Origin: an uncultured virus (IMG/VR IMGVR_UViG_3300035696_000009)
Lineage: Duplodnaviria > Heunggongvirae > Uroviricota > Caudoviricetes
Virus record (IMG/VR): IMGVR_UViG_3300035696_000009
Length of the DNA stretch: 64,000 nucleotides
Direction: 5' to 3' (one strand)
Part shown: positions 54,794 to 63,952 of the stretch, in pieces
How positions within the stretch are numbered: position 1 is the stretch's first letter
How the letters are laid out: the number at the start of each line of letters is the position of its first letter
The notes under the pieces: generated by a model
The model's input: only the letters and a program-made list of their open reading frames with translations
What the model was told of the DNA's origin: nothing
Databases searched by the model: none
Translations under genes and position numbers: made by a program

Positions 54794-55680
54794 ACCGAAA
54801 CTTTCCGCCGCCCCCGCCCCGCCCCATGGACGCGCGCCTCGGCCGCCAAGACATGGGCGCCTACGCCCCGCCGCGCCTGCTCATGGCGCTCATCGGCCAG
54901 AGCGAGAGGCGCTACATGTTCCAGCAGGAGGCGCTCATGAAGCTCGACGCGGGCCTCGGCGACCTCGCGCTGGCGTTCGAGGGCGAGCAGCTCCCTCCCG
55001 CCATGGGCGAGCACCTCGCCATCCTCTTCGCGAAGGGGGAGGCCAAGAAGCAGAACCTCGAGAACATCATGAAGGGCGAGCTTGACTGGCAGGACGAGCT
55101 GAAGCGGTTCCTCATGGGCCGCGGACCGAGGGCTCCGATGCGCCGCCCGCCGCCGCAGCTCGGGCCGGGCTACCCGCAGCAGCAGTACCCGCAGCAACCG
55201 GGCCAATACCCGCAGCAGCCGGGATACCCGCAGCAGGGCTCCTACCCGCAGCCCGGAGGCGGAGCCTACGGGCCGGGCCCCGCCGAGCAGCAGCGAGGAG
55301 GGCAGTATGCGCAGCCGCAGCAGCAGCAACCACTGCCCGAGATGCCGCAAGGCCCCGTCGACTACCGCGACCCGAAGCAGGCCGCAGCAGCGCTCCTTCG
55401 GGCGCAGCCCATGCCGCTCGGTCCTATGTCGAACCAGCCGAACCAACCGATGCAGCAGCCGCAGCAAGGCGGCGCGTACGTCCCCCCGTACGTGCCGGGC
55501 GCAGCTCCGGCCCAGGCTGCGTACGGCGTCCCGCCCGGCGCGTACGTCCCGCCGCCGTCGCAGGCGCCAGTGGTCCAGGCCGCGCCCGAGACCGCGACGC
55601 AAGTGATGCAGCAGTCGCAGCCGCAGCCGGCCGTGAACGTCTCGGCCCCGAACGGGGCCACGAAGAACGCGACGTCTTGA
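54790..55680 (+). CDS. Gln/Pro-rich protein (GYPQQ repeats)
   Basis: ATG overlaps the radA stop. Confidence 0.75.
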   Translation: MNRNFPPPPPRPMDARLGRQDMGAYAPPRLLMALIGQSERRYMFQQEALMKLDAGLGDLALAFEGEQLPPAMGEHLAILFAKGEAKKQNLENIMKGELDWQDELKRFLMGRGPRAPMRRPPPQLGPGYPQQQYPQQPGQYPQQPGYPQQGSYPQPGGGAYGPGPAEQQRGGQYAQPQQQQPLPEMPQGPVDYRDPKQAAAALLRAQPMPLGPMSNQPNQPMQQPQQGGAYVPPYVPGAAPAQAAYGVPPGAYVPPPSQAPVVQAAPETATQVMQQSQPQPAVNVSAPNGATKNATS

Positions 55681-55711
55681 CGCCGCGCGCATGAAGAAGG
55701 AGAAGAAGATC

Positions 55712-55861
55712 ATGGCAAAGAAACGCAAGACCCGTCGCCACCACGGCTCGCTCCGCGCGGCCTACACGGCAGCCAAACGCGAGTACCACCGCGCCGGCGA
55801 GGCGCTCAGGCGCGCCAGCGGCGGCCACAAGCGCAAGGCTAAGCACCGCCGGAGCCGCTGA
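55712..55861 (+). CDS. 49-aa basic microprotein, not in the ORF track
   Basis: AAGGAG RBS; MAKKRKTRRHH...HKRKAKHRRSR; TGATG coupling to the next gene. Confidence 0.7.
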   Translation: MAKKRKTRRHHGSLRAAYTAAKREYHRAGEALRRASGGHKRKAKHRRSR

Positions 55862-56055
55862 TGCCGAGGGACCTCGACCTCGACGTCGACCACCCGGACA
55901 AGGTGGCGCGGATCCTCCGCAACGCGGCTGCGACCTACTACGAGGCGGCGAGCGAGCTGGAGAGCGCCTGGCAGGACCCGGGCGCGGGCCGCCCCTGGGA
56001 GAAGATCGCGAAGATCCTCGAATCGGCCGCCGACAAGGTCGACAAGGTGGTCTGA
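55861..56055 (+). CDS. 64-aa helical protein
   Basis: Translationally coupled ORF. Confidence 0.65.
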   Translation: MPRDLDLDVDHPDKVARILRNAAATYYEAASELESAWQDPGAGRPWEKIAKILESAADKVDKVV

Positions 56056-56058
56056 GCG

Positions 56059-56559
56059 ATGCGGACCATCGACGCCAGCTTCATCTGCGACGGCCTCTGG
56101 GTGGGGAGCGCCCCGCCCACCGGCCACACGCTCGCCAGCACCGGGTTCTCCGTGCTCGCGCTCTGCGCGGAGGAGCACCAACCGCCGCACGAGGCGTTCC
56201 CCGGGATGTACGTCGTCCGGGTGCCGCTCATCGACGACGGCTCGCCGCTCACCCACGCGCAGATCGCGCGATCGATCGCGGCCTCCGAGGCTCTCACGAC
56301 CGCGCTCCGGAGGCACAAGGGCGTGCTCGTCACGTGCATGCAGGGCCGGAACCGATCCGGCTTCGTCGCGGCGCTCACCTTCGCGCGCATGACCGGCTGC
56401 GACGGCAGGACTGCGACGCGGGTCGTGCAGCAGCGGCGGCGCTCGCCGTTCGGGCCGGCGCTCACGAACCGCGAGTACAACAAGGCCCTCGCGCTCATCG
56501 GCCCCGCCCGCGAGCGCGGCGCGATTACGGCGCAGGCCGCCCACGCCGCGGGGGTGTGA
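56059..56559 (+). CDS. dual-specificity/PTP-like phosphatase
   Basis: LWVG..P, PLIDD, VLVTCMQGRNRS (CX5R). Confidence 0.85.
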   Translation: MRTIDASFICDGLWVGSAPPTGHTLASTGFSVLALCAEEHQPPHEAFPGMYVVRVPLIDDGSPLTHAQIARSIAASEALTTALRRHKGVLVTCMQGRNRSGFVAALTFARMTGCDGRTATRVVQQRRRSPFGPALTNREYNKALALIGPARERGAITAQAAHAAGV

Positions 56560-56560
56560 C

Positions 56561-57133
56561 GTGACCCCGTCCGACTTCGCGCACGCGGTCCTCGCGCGGC
56601 TCGGGCTCCCGGAGAGCGCGAATAACGTGGCCGCGCTCGTCGCGTTCCAGGCGAACGAGGGCGGGCACATGGCGAACGCCGCCGCCTACAACCCCATCAA
56701 CACGACGCTGAAGCTCCCCGGCAGCCACCCCGTGACGCCGGTCGGCGTGCAGGCATACTCGAGCTGGGACCAGGGGATCGAGGCGACCGCGAGGACGCTC
56801 GCGCAGTCGAACATGAGCGCCATCACGGCAGCCCTCAAGCGCAGCGCGCCGCCCGACGAGACGCTCCGCGCCGTCGCGGGCTCGCCTTGGGGCTGCACCA
56901 TCTGCAGCAAGACGCCGGCGGCGAGCCTCCAGCACTACGCGGACAAGCTCTTCCCCATCGGCAAGGGGATGCTCGACACGGGCGAGAGCACGCTCAAGGA
57001 ACTCTTCGCGTTCCGCTCCACGGCCTCGAAGGTCGGCGGGGCCGTGGTCGCGGCCTCCCTGCTCGCCGGGCTCGGCGTCGTCGGGTACCTGCTCGTGAGG
57101 AAGGTCAAGAGGGTCGAGGTGACGCCATCATGA
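56561..57133 (+). CDS. candidate lysozyme-fold muramidase with C-terminal TM
   Basis: ANEGG..YNPINTT..GVQAYSSWDQGIEAT. Confidence 0.55.
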   Translation: MTPSDFAHAVLARLGLPESANNVAALVAFQANEGGHMANAAAYNPINTTLKLPGSHPVTPVGVQAYSSWDQGIEATARTLAQSNMSAITAALKRSAPPDETLRAVAGSPWGCTICSKTPAASLQHYADKLFPIGKGMLDTGESTLKELFAFRSTASKVGGAVVAASLLAGLGVVGYLLVRKVKRVEVTPS

Positions 57134-57147
57134 AGGGATTTTGAGAA

Positions 57148-57444
57148 ATGCTCTACGTCGCTCCCGACGGGAGTATCCTCGACGACGGGTACGGGATGGC
57201 GACGGCGCCGGCCTACGCCGTGGACGAGCACGGCGCGCGGCTCGAGCTTTCGCCCGAGGACGCGCTCGGCCTCACGCGGCAGTACCAGGCCCAGTTCCGG
57301 AGCCGCCTCCCGCTCGGGGACGCGGTCGCGCGCGTGACGAAGGCCGTCGGCATCCAGCCGTGCACGCCGTGCGAGGCGCGCCAGCGCGCGATGAACCAGT
57401 TCGGCGACCGCCTCGCGGGTTACCTGCCCTGGCAGCGGCGCTGA
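57148..57444 (+). CDS. small CxxC protein
   Basis: LGDAVARVTKAVGIQPCTPCEARQ..MN. Confidence 0.7.
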   Translation: MLYVAPDGSILDDGYGMATAPAYAVDEHGARLELSPEDALGLTRQYQAQFRSRLPLGDAVARVTKAVGIQPCTPCEARQRAMNQFGDRLAGYLPWQRR

Positions 57445-57451
57445 CCGCGGG

Positions 57452-58008
57452 TCACTTGTAGAGCTTGCTCTCGAGTCGCCGGATCTTGACGGCCGACTCG
57501 CCGAGCGCGGCGCGCAGCTCCTTGATCTCCGCGTCCCTGTCGCCGAGCTGGTCGAGCGCCCTCGAGAGCCTCTCGTCGTAGCGCGGCTCGGCTTTGCCCG
57601 CCTCCCCGGCCTTCTTCGCGCGAAGCTCCTCCAGCTCGTGGACCTTGTCGAGCAGGTGGTACGCGAGTACGCGAGCGACTGGATCACGTCGCGGTGCACG
57701 GTGACGCCCTGCCCGTCGCCGACGTCGGGGCACTTGGCGATGAACCCGAGCACGTCGATGTTCGCCATGAGACCGGGCCTCTTGGTCCGGACGAAGAACG
57801 TGTGCGCCCTCGTCTCGGCCGAGAGCTTGTCGGGCGTGTCGCGCGAGACGCTCGCGGGCCAGTCGTCGTCGATGTCGAGGACGGAGGCGCGCTTGGCCTC
57901 CTCGCTCATGGTCTTGACCGGCTCGAGCGCGCTCGGCGGCACCGATATGTCCTCGACGCCGACGGGCCTCGGGGGAGCAGTCCTGTAGGGGTCGCGACCG
58001 ATGGTCAT
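57452..58008 (-). pseudogene. coiled-coil protein gene frameshifted by an 8-bp duplication
   Basis: TACGCGAG x2 at 57660-57675; removing one copy joins MTIGRD...QSLAY to HLLDK...LYK (182 aa). Confidence 0.7.
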
Positions 58009-58073
58009 CTCTTCCTCTTTCTTGCCGTTCGTCGGGAACTGGGCGACAAGCCTGCCGTTGATCGACCCGGGCA

Positions 58074-58304
58074 TCAGAGCGTCTCCGGGTCGACCTCGAG
58101 CACGATCGGCGGCGCGAACACCGGGTCGGCGGGCGACGGCGGCCCGAGTGGTACGGTCGTCTTCGAGGCGAGCGCGGGCGCGATGTCCTGGGGGACGAAG
58201 ACGGGGAGGCCGTCCTCGGTCGCGGGCGCGGCGATGCTGCCGGGGGCGCCCGGCTCGTTGATGGGCACGGGCGGGAAGATCTGGGGAGGTCCGAAGTTCG
58301 ACAT
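58074..58304 (-). CDS. Pro-rich hypothetical protein
   Basis: GGGAG RBS; 76 aa. Confidence 0.5.
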   Translation of the reverse strand: MSNFGPPQIFPPVPINEPGAPGSIAAPATEDGLPVFVPQDIAPALASKTTVPLGPPSPADPVFAPPIVLEVDPETL

Positions 58305-58331
58305 GGCTCCCAGCTTAACCCTTGCGCGGCG

Positions 58332-58601
58332 TCATGTCTGCGGGGCGGGCTCCTGGGCCGCGTCCCCCGCCTCCTCGGCCTCCTGCATCGCCTGGAACTG
58401 CGCCGCCTGGTTGCGGACGCTCTCGAGGAACTCGCGGCAGTAGTCGCATGCCGGGTTCTCGCCGCCGTGCTCGCCGAGGACGACCCCGAGGAGCAGGCCG
58501 TTCCGGATCGCCTCGGGCGGCGGGAGCTTCTTCTCGAACGCCTGCTGGGTCATCGTCATGGTCGACGCGCAGTACGCGCACGTGTCGGGCTGGAGGGACA
58601 T
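58332..58601 (-). CDS. small Zn-binding protein
   Basis: CAYC...H...CDYC; start uncertain. Confidence 0.55.
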   Translation of the reverse strand: MSLQPDTCAYCASTMTMTQQAFEKKLPPPEAIRNGLLLGVVLGEHGGENPACDYCREFLESVRNQAAQFQAMQEAEEAGDAAQEPAPQT

Positions 58602-58713
58602 GCGCGAAGCGTACACCGTCGGACTGACGGCACGCAATCACGACGTGATGAGCTTGCGCCAGATCGGGCCGAGCACGAGCCGGCTCGGCAGCGCCGCGAT
58701 CCTCCAGAAGAGC

Positions 58714-59307
58714 CTACGACTGATCCTCGCGGTCCGCGTCCCCATGGTCCGTCCTCCCTTCCGGCCCGAACTCGAGATCGAGCACCTCGTGGGCCTTCTT
58801 GAGCGCTTTGTTCGTGAACTTGTGCCCGCTCCTCCAATCGGAGATGACCTTCCTCGCCTGGTTCTTCCGGTTCTCCCAGGTGCTCGACAGGGTGCGCTGC
58901 TTCCTGGCGATTTTTTGTCCGGGCGCCCGGGAGTCGGCGTTCTTCTCTTCGCGTCCTTTCTGCCCATCGCTCGTCATGGCCTGGGTGGCGCGGAGATCGG
59001 CCAAGTGCTCCTCGTAGATCTCGAGATCGATCGAGTCGATCGCGCGGTCCGCGATCCCTCTTTTCTTGTGGTCGCTCGAGAGGACCGTGATGACGGCGGT
59101 GTCGCGGACGACGAGGTCGATCTCCTCGCCGCGCGCGGTGGACGCCACGTAGATGCGGGCGTCGCCGCTCAGCGTCCGCCGGCGGGTGGCAGCCGCGCCC
59201 TGGACGACGGCCTGAAGCTCGGCCTCGACCTCGGCCTCCGGCACCCCCGAGCGCCAGCGGGAGGCGAACTGCTCGATGGCGTGGTGGGTGAGGCCGAGCC
59301 GGCTCAT
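58714..59307 (-). CDS. hypothetical protein
   Basis: LTHHAIEQF..R N-terminus; follows the PurA-like stop. Confidence 0.65.
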   Translation of the reverse strand: MSRLGLTHHAIEQFASRWRSGVPEAEVEAELQAVVQGAAATRRRTLSGDARIYVASTARGEEIDLVVRDTAVITVLSSDHKKRGIADRAIDSIDLEIYEEHLADLRATQAMTSDGQKGREEKNADSRAPGQKIARKQRTLSSTWENRKNQARKVISDWRSGHKFTNKALKKAHEVLDLEFGPEGRTDHGDADREDQS

Positions 59308-59310
59308 CGC

Positions 59311-59712
59311 CTATGATTCTACCAGGCGCCGCACTTCCGTCTTCGACGACGCGGTCTTGCCGCCCGACGTGAGCGCGACGGGGGTCCCGAGGGCCTCGCC
59401 GATCACGAGCGCGTGCTCGGCGCGCACGCCGGCCTTCGTCATCTCGAGGATGGGCTCGACTTCCCACAGTATGCGCCCGAGCGCCTCCTGGGCGCGAAGG
59501 TCGTTCGGGATCGTCCTCTCGAGGTCCTTCAAGACGCGGCCCCCGTGCCGGTACTCCCAGCACACAGGCATCACGCCCCTCGAGACGAACTTGTCGACGT
59601 GCGTGACCGCAAGCCCGTCGCACCAGCCGATGACGCCGAGTGCGTAGCGGGCGAGCACGAGGTCCAGCGGGCCCGAGCGGAAGTTCTCCTGCCACGGGCC
59701 GGTCTTGTTGTG
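59311..59712 (-). pseudogene. adenylosuccinate synthetase-like C-terminal fragment
   Basis: HNKTGPWQENFRSGPLDL..RYA..DGLAVTHVD. Confidence 0.75.
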
Positions 59713-60048
59713 GACCACTCGGTCGTGGATGACGTCATCGCCGCCTACGAGGACTTCGCGGCGCGGGCGAACATCGTCGACGAGACCTTCCTCGCGCGCG
59801 AGCTTGCGGGGAGCGGCCACGTCGTCTTCGAGGGCGCGCAGGGGGTCCTCCTGGACGAGTGGTGGGGCTTCCACCCCCACACGACCTGGAGCACGTGCAC
59901 GTTCGAGAACGCGGAGAAGCTTCTTACCTCCGCGGGGTACAGGCGCCGCGCCGAGCGGCTCGGCGTCCTCAGGTCGTACTGCACGCGCCACGGGGCGGGT
60001 CCGATGCCGACCGATGGCTGGGAGTGGGACAACCTCTCGGCGGATGAC
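59713..60048 (+). pseudogene. inverted adenylosuccinate synthetase-like middle fragment
   Basis: VFEGAQGVLLD..HPHTTWS..RSYCTRHGAGPMPT on the opposite strand. Confidence 0.8.
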
Positions 60049-60380
60049 ACGACGTACTTGCGCTTCGGGGTCTGGATGACCTGCGGGGCCATCCTGGGCC
60101 GCGCGGGCGGCGGGTCGTGCGGCTTGTTGTCGCCGTAAGTCTTCCCGTTGATCTTCGACTCGGCCTTCGCCCGCCAGTCGGAGAGCTTGCCGAAGACCTC
60201 TGCGGCGAGAGCCGCCGCCTCGGCCTCCCCGTCGTACTTGTCCGGGTGCACGATGAGCGCGATGCGGTGGTAGGCCTTCCTGAGGGCCGCGAGCTTGTCG
60301 CCGGCGAGCTGCCCGAACACGTCCTCGGGGCACGCGGCGCGCGCGAGCACGGCCTCGACGGCCTTGAGGTCGCTCAGCAT
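60049..60380 (-). pseudogene. truncated J-domain protein
   Basis: LRKAYHRIALIVHPDK; reads into antisense PurA after KYVV. Confidence 0.7.
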
Positions 60381-60402
60381 GGTCCTCGACGTAGGGCGAT
60401 CA

Positions 60403-60597
60403 TCACGATTTGAGAACTCCCCAGGACGCCCCGACGGGCTCGGTGTCGAACCCGCACGAGCGGAGCTGTCTCGCGACCCAGGCGGCCTTCTCTTCCTGCG
60501 TCATCTTGGCGAACCCCTCGACGTACTCCGGGTCGAGGACCGTGAGGACGCACGTGAAGCAGATGTCGACGAGCTGCTGCTCCCTCCGCGCACTCAT
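60403..60597 (-). CDS. 64-aa hypothetical protein
   Basis: Coupled ORF. Confidence 0.65.
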   Translation of the reverse strand: MSARREQQLVDICFTCVLTVLDPEYVEGFAKMTQEEKAAWVARQLRSCGFDTEPVGASWGVLKS

Positions 60598-60848
60598 TTC
60601 AATCCTCGAATTTCGTCACAACTGTACCACTCCTCGGGTCGGCCCGGGAGCTTGCGGTAGAGCCTCTTGTCCGGCGGTGGGGGCTCGCCAATCTCGACGG
60701 GCTGGTGGACCGTCCAGTTGCATTTCTTGCACCGCCACGACGCGATCATGTCGGGCGCGTCTGGCGCGGTGAAGGGGACGTTCTCCACGTCCTCGATCCG
60801 TTCCCACTCATGGAGGTTGACGCCGCTCGTAGCTCCGCGTTCAGTCAT
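60594..60848 (-). CDS. small Zn-binding protein
   Basis: GGAGG RBS; HEW..WRCKKC..C. Confidence 0.65.
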   Translation of the reverse strand: MTERGATSGVNLHEWERIEDVENVPFTAPDAPDMIASWRCKKCNWTVHQPVEIGEPPPPDKRLYRKLPGRPEEWYSCDEIRGLK

Positions 60849-61279
60849 GGTTCCTCCTCGAGATCGCCGAGCGCGTAGACGAGCCGGCACCTCGGGCACT
60901 CGTCCCCGTCGCGCTTGCAGGAGTGCTCGTCCGAAAGGGAGTCCGCGAACTCGTACGCGGCCTCGATGACGACCTCCGTCTTCTGCCGCTCCTCCTCCCA
61001 GGCCTCCTGGGCCTTCCTGTACTTCTTGTGGATGGCGTCCCGCTCGCGGGCGAGGCGCTTGACGGCGTTCGTCATCGTCTCGGTGGGCTCGGCGCACGCG
61101 ACGCGCCGTACGGCCTCGATCTCGCTCGTCAGGTTCTCGGCGACCTTGGCGACCACGGCCTCGGCGATGCGCCAGACGACGTTGTCGGCTGCGTTGGCCT
61201 TGGCCTCGGTCGGATCCTTGACGAAGTCGAGGAGCGCGCGCGACGCGGCGTTCTCGAGGGTCTGCGTGCGCTCGCTCAT
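60845..61279 (-). CDS. coiled-coil protein with H-C..C..C motif
   Basis: MSERTQT; ATG overlaps the ABC ATPase stop. Confidence 0.65.
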   Translation of the reverse strand: MSERTQTLENAASRALLDFVKDPTEAKANAADNVVWRIAEAVVAKVAENLTSEIEAVRRVACAEPTETMTNAVKRLARERDAIHKKYRKAQEAWEEERQKTEVVIEAAYEFADSLSDEHSCKRDGDECPRCRLVYALGDLEEEP

Positions 61280-62142
61280 AGCTCCTGAAACCTCGCGCGG
61301 ACCTCGCGCATCGTCTCCGCGAACGCCGGCAGCGCCTGCGGGTCGTCGCGCCATGCGAGCCCGCGCTCGATGAGGTCGTAGTGGTGCTGGATGCGAGCGC
61401 CGAGCGAAGCGCCTTGGGCGTCGCGGTCGCGCCCGAGGAGCCACAGATGATCGGCGATCGTGAGGATGGCCGCGATGTCGTGCGTCACGACGAAGATCGT
61501 GTTCTCCTCCGAGATCGAAGCAACCTGCCGGACGAGGGCGCAGACCTTGTCCTTCATGAGCGGGTCGAGCCCCGTCGTCGGCTCGTCGAGGATGAGGAAG
61601 TGCTCCGAGCAGAGGAGCTGCTGCGCGATGGCGACGCGCTGCTGCTGGCCGCCAGAAAGCTCCGCCGGGTAGCTATCCCATTTGTCCGAGAGGTCGAAGC
61701 GCTTGAGGAAGTCCATCGACTTGTCCTTCGCCTCCGCCGCACTTGCGCCCGCGCGTCTCGATGCTGTGACGAGATTGCCGAGCACCGTGCGGTGTCGAAG
61801 GAGCGGATATTTTTGCGCGACGTAGCCGACGAGCCCCGCGTGCACTCTCTCGCTCTTGTCACCGGCTCCGACGCGGATCTCGCCAGACGTCGGCTCCTGC
61901 AAGCCCGTCATGATGCGCGAGAGCTGCGTCTTGCCAACACCCGACGGTCCGAGGATGCCGACGACCTGCCCCGTCACGCAACCCGGTCGAACGATGTCGC
62001 GAACCTCCGCCGAGAGGTTCGCGAGGATGGGCCTGCCACCGTACGCGAGTCCGATGTCCTTGATGCTGACGAGAACGTCCTTCAACTCGTAGGAGACGCG
62101 AGCACCGTTCTGCCCGATCGGATGAAAAGCCTCGATTTGCAC
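61276..62142 (-). CDS. ABC transporter ATPase (NitT/TauT-like)
   Basis: GPSGVGKT, LSGGQQQR, LILDEP, VTHD. Confidence 0.92.
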   Translation of the reverse strand: MQIEAFHPIGQNGARVSYELKDVLVSIKDIGLAYGGRPILANLSAEVRDIVRPGCVTGQVVGILGPSGVGKTQLSRIMTGLQEPTSGEIRVGAGDKSERVHAGLVGYVAQKYPLLRHRTVLGNLVTASRRAGASAAEAKDKSMDFLKRFDLSDKWDSYPAELSGGQQQRVAIAQQLLCSEHFLILDEPTTGLDPLMKDKVCALVRQVASISEENTIFVVTHDIAAILTIADHLWLLGRDRDAQGASLGARIQHHYDLIERGLAWRDDPQALPAFAETMREVRARFQEL

Positions 62143-62145
62143 TTG

Positions 62146-62520
62146 TCATCCGTGCGAGAGGAGCACCATCACGAACTGACCGTCGCCCGTGACGAAGAAC
62201 TCGTGGCAGATGACGTTCTCGACAGTGTCCGCTGTCTTGCTCATCATCTCCTCGATCTCCTCGGGATCGAGATCGAGAGAACCGAGCAAAACAGTCGTGA
62301 GCTTGACGGGATAACCCGTCTCGCCGTCGCGATAACCGAGTGACAGCACGAGCTGCTTCGAGCTTTCGAGGTACTCGACACCCACACTCTTGATCGCCGT
62401 AGTACCGGTACAAGAGAATTTCTCGACCTCGGTGGCGATCTTGTGCATCGCATCTCCGTACGGCATCCCGGCTTCTGAGATGAACACCTTGAACTTCGAA
62501 TGGACTTGACCCTTGATCAT
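62146..62520 (-). CDS. hypothetical protein
   Basis: AGGAGAG RBS; 124 aa. Confidence 0.75.
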   Translation of the reverse strand: MIKGQVHSKFKVFISEAGMPYGDAMHKIATEVEKFSCTGTTAIKSVGVEYLESSKQLVLSLGYRDGETGYPVKLTTVLLGSLDLDPEEIEEMMSKTADTVENVICHEFFVTGDGQFVMVLLSHG

Positions 62521-62547
62521 GTTCTCTCTCCTTCTCTTTCGTGATTC

Positions 62548-62955
62548 TCAACCCCAGCACTCGAGATAATTCTGTTCGGCATCCACGTCGTGAATCTCCT
62601 TCGCGGCGTCGAGCAGGTAGAGGAAAATGTTGCCGTCGGTCTGCGTGTCGACTGGGACGAGCACGTCGTTCCCGGCTCTCAGGATCCAGCAGTCGTGGTC
62701 GCGCTGGGTGTAGACGTGGCCGCTGTAGATCTCCTTACCTTCCTCGGCCATGGCCGACGTGATGGGTTTCGGCGAACGAACAATCGAGGAGCCCCTGCCA
62801 GTGAGCTTGTCACCACCGGCAACCATCCAGTAGGAATCGCGCTCATCCTCGAGCGGGATCACTTTCCAACTGTCGACCCACCCGAGAGCCTCTTTGATGG
62901 CTTTCTCGAGTGTGAAGTACTGGTCGATGGCGTCGTTGAGCTGCTTGGGATTCAT
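62548..62955 (-). CDS. hypothetical protein
   Basis: 135 aa; coupled to the upstream ORF. Confidence 0.7.
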   Translation of the reverse strand: MNPKQLNDAIDQYFTLEKAIKEALGWVDSWKVIPLEDERDSYWMVAGGDKLTGRGSSIVRSPKPITSAMAEEGKEIYSGHVYTQRDHDCWILRAGNDVLVPVDTQTDGNIFLYLLDAAKEIHDVDAEQNYLECWG

Positions 62956-63176
62956 CTGGACTTCGCCTTCTTCTCTGCCCGGTCAAGGAGGATGGATTTG
63001 GCGAGATTGTCGAGAAGCATGACGAGATCGCAGCCGTATTCTTCTTGGATGGAAGAGCGGTCGGGTCTCATCTCTTTCACGCGAGCCTCCAGCCACCCGG
63101 CGATTGTGAGTAGTTCAGTCGGGAGCATCGAGTCGAGTGCGTCAGCGCCGTGTGTCTTTTTCGACGGTTCCGTCAT
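62952..63176 (-). CDS. 74-aa hypothetical protein
   Basis: MTEPSKK; ATG overlaps the permease stop. Confidence 0.6.
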   Translation of the reverse strand: MTEPSKKTHGADALDSMLPTELLTIAGWLEARVKEMRPDRSSIQEEYGCDLVMLLDNLAKSILLDRAEKKAKSR

Positions 63177-63952
63177 TGTCGCTCCAGCGTGAGGCTCGCA
63201 TACGGGCAGAGGATGCGCCGAAGCCACGAGAGCGCGAGATCCTGGAGCACGCCGACGACGAGGACAAGGAGCTGGATCGCGAAGACGGCATCGAGCGCGA
63301 CGTGTTTGTCCTCGGCGAGCATCATCGAGCCGAGGCCGCCCTCGAAGCGGACGAGACCCTCGACGAGCGTGAGCATCACCCAGCCCATCGCCGCGTTCTG
63401 CCTGACGGCGTCGAGCACCGCGTCGAGATGGCCGAGCACGACGATCTCGACGACGGCGCCCCACGGCGACATGCGGAGCGTGCGCGCGTGGTCGAACTCT
63501 TCCTTCGGGATGGCCTCGACGACGTCGTAGAGGCTCGTCACGAGAAAGACGCCCATGCCGAACACGAGGAGCGCGACCTTGAGCGCGTGGCCGCCGCCAA
63601 AGGCGAGCGTGAAGGCGACCGTGAGGCCCGTGAGTCCCAAAAAACGCATCTTCGAGAGCGTGCGCACGAAGGGCCTCGCGGCTGGGAGCACCGTGAGGTA
63701 CGCGAGCGGAATCGTGAGCAGACACGAAAGACCGATGGCCTGGAAATTTGTCGTGAGGCTCACGAAGAGCTGCTGAGCGAGTCCCTGGTCCGCGAGCCGC
63801 GGGTACGCGCGAAGAACGTCCATAGGTCCGGGCATGAACGTCGGTCGCAGGCCCCACGCGATGAAGAAGAGCGCAACGGTGCCAGCACCGAGAATGAAGT
63901 GCACGCGCTTCGAGACGCGACCGTTGGGGATCCAGGCGTCGCGGAAGGCCAT
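63173..63952 (-). CDS. ABC transporter permease (NitT/TauT-like)
   Basis: Multiple TMs; EAA-like IPKEEFDHARTLR; VEGL..GGLG. Confidence 0.88.
   Translation of the reverse strand: MAFRDAWIPNGRVSKRVHFILGAGTVALFFIAWGLRPTFMPGPMDVLRAYPRLADQGLAQQLFVSLTTNFQAIGLSCLLTIPLAYLTVLPAARPFVRTLSKMRFLGLTGLTVAFTLAFGGGHALKVALLVFGMGVFLVTSLYDVVEAIPKEEFDHARTLRMSPWGAVVEIVVLGHLDAVLDAVRQNAAMGWVMLTLVEGLVRFEGGLGSMMLAEDKHVALDAVFAIQLLVLVVGVLQDLALSWLRRILCPYASLTLERQ

Noticed and set aside
56935..58074. 379-aa minus-strand ORF
   Set aside because: Composite of a real N-terminus and post-frameshift read-through antisense to plus-strand genes
59311..60048. PurZ (2-aminoadenine genome) system
   Set aside because: The gene is fragmentary, the diagnostic N-terminal residues are absent, and no dATPase partner is seen
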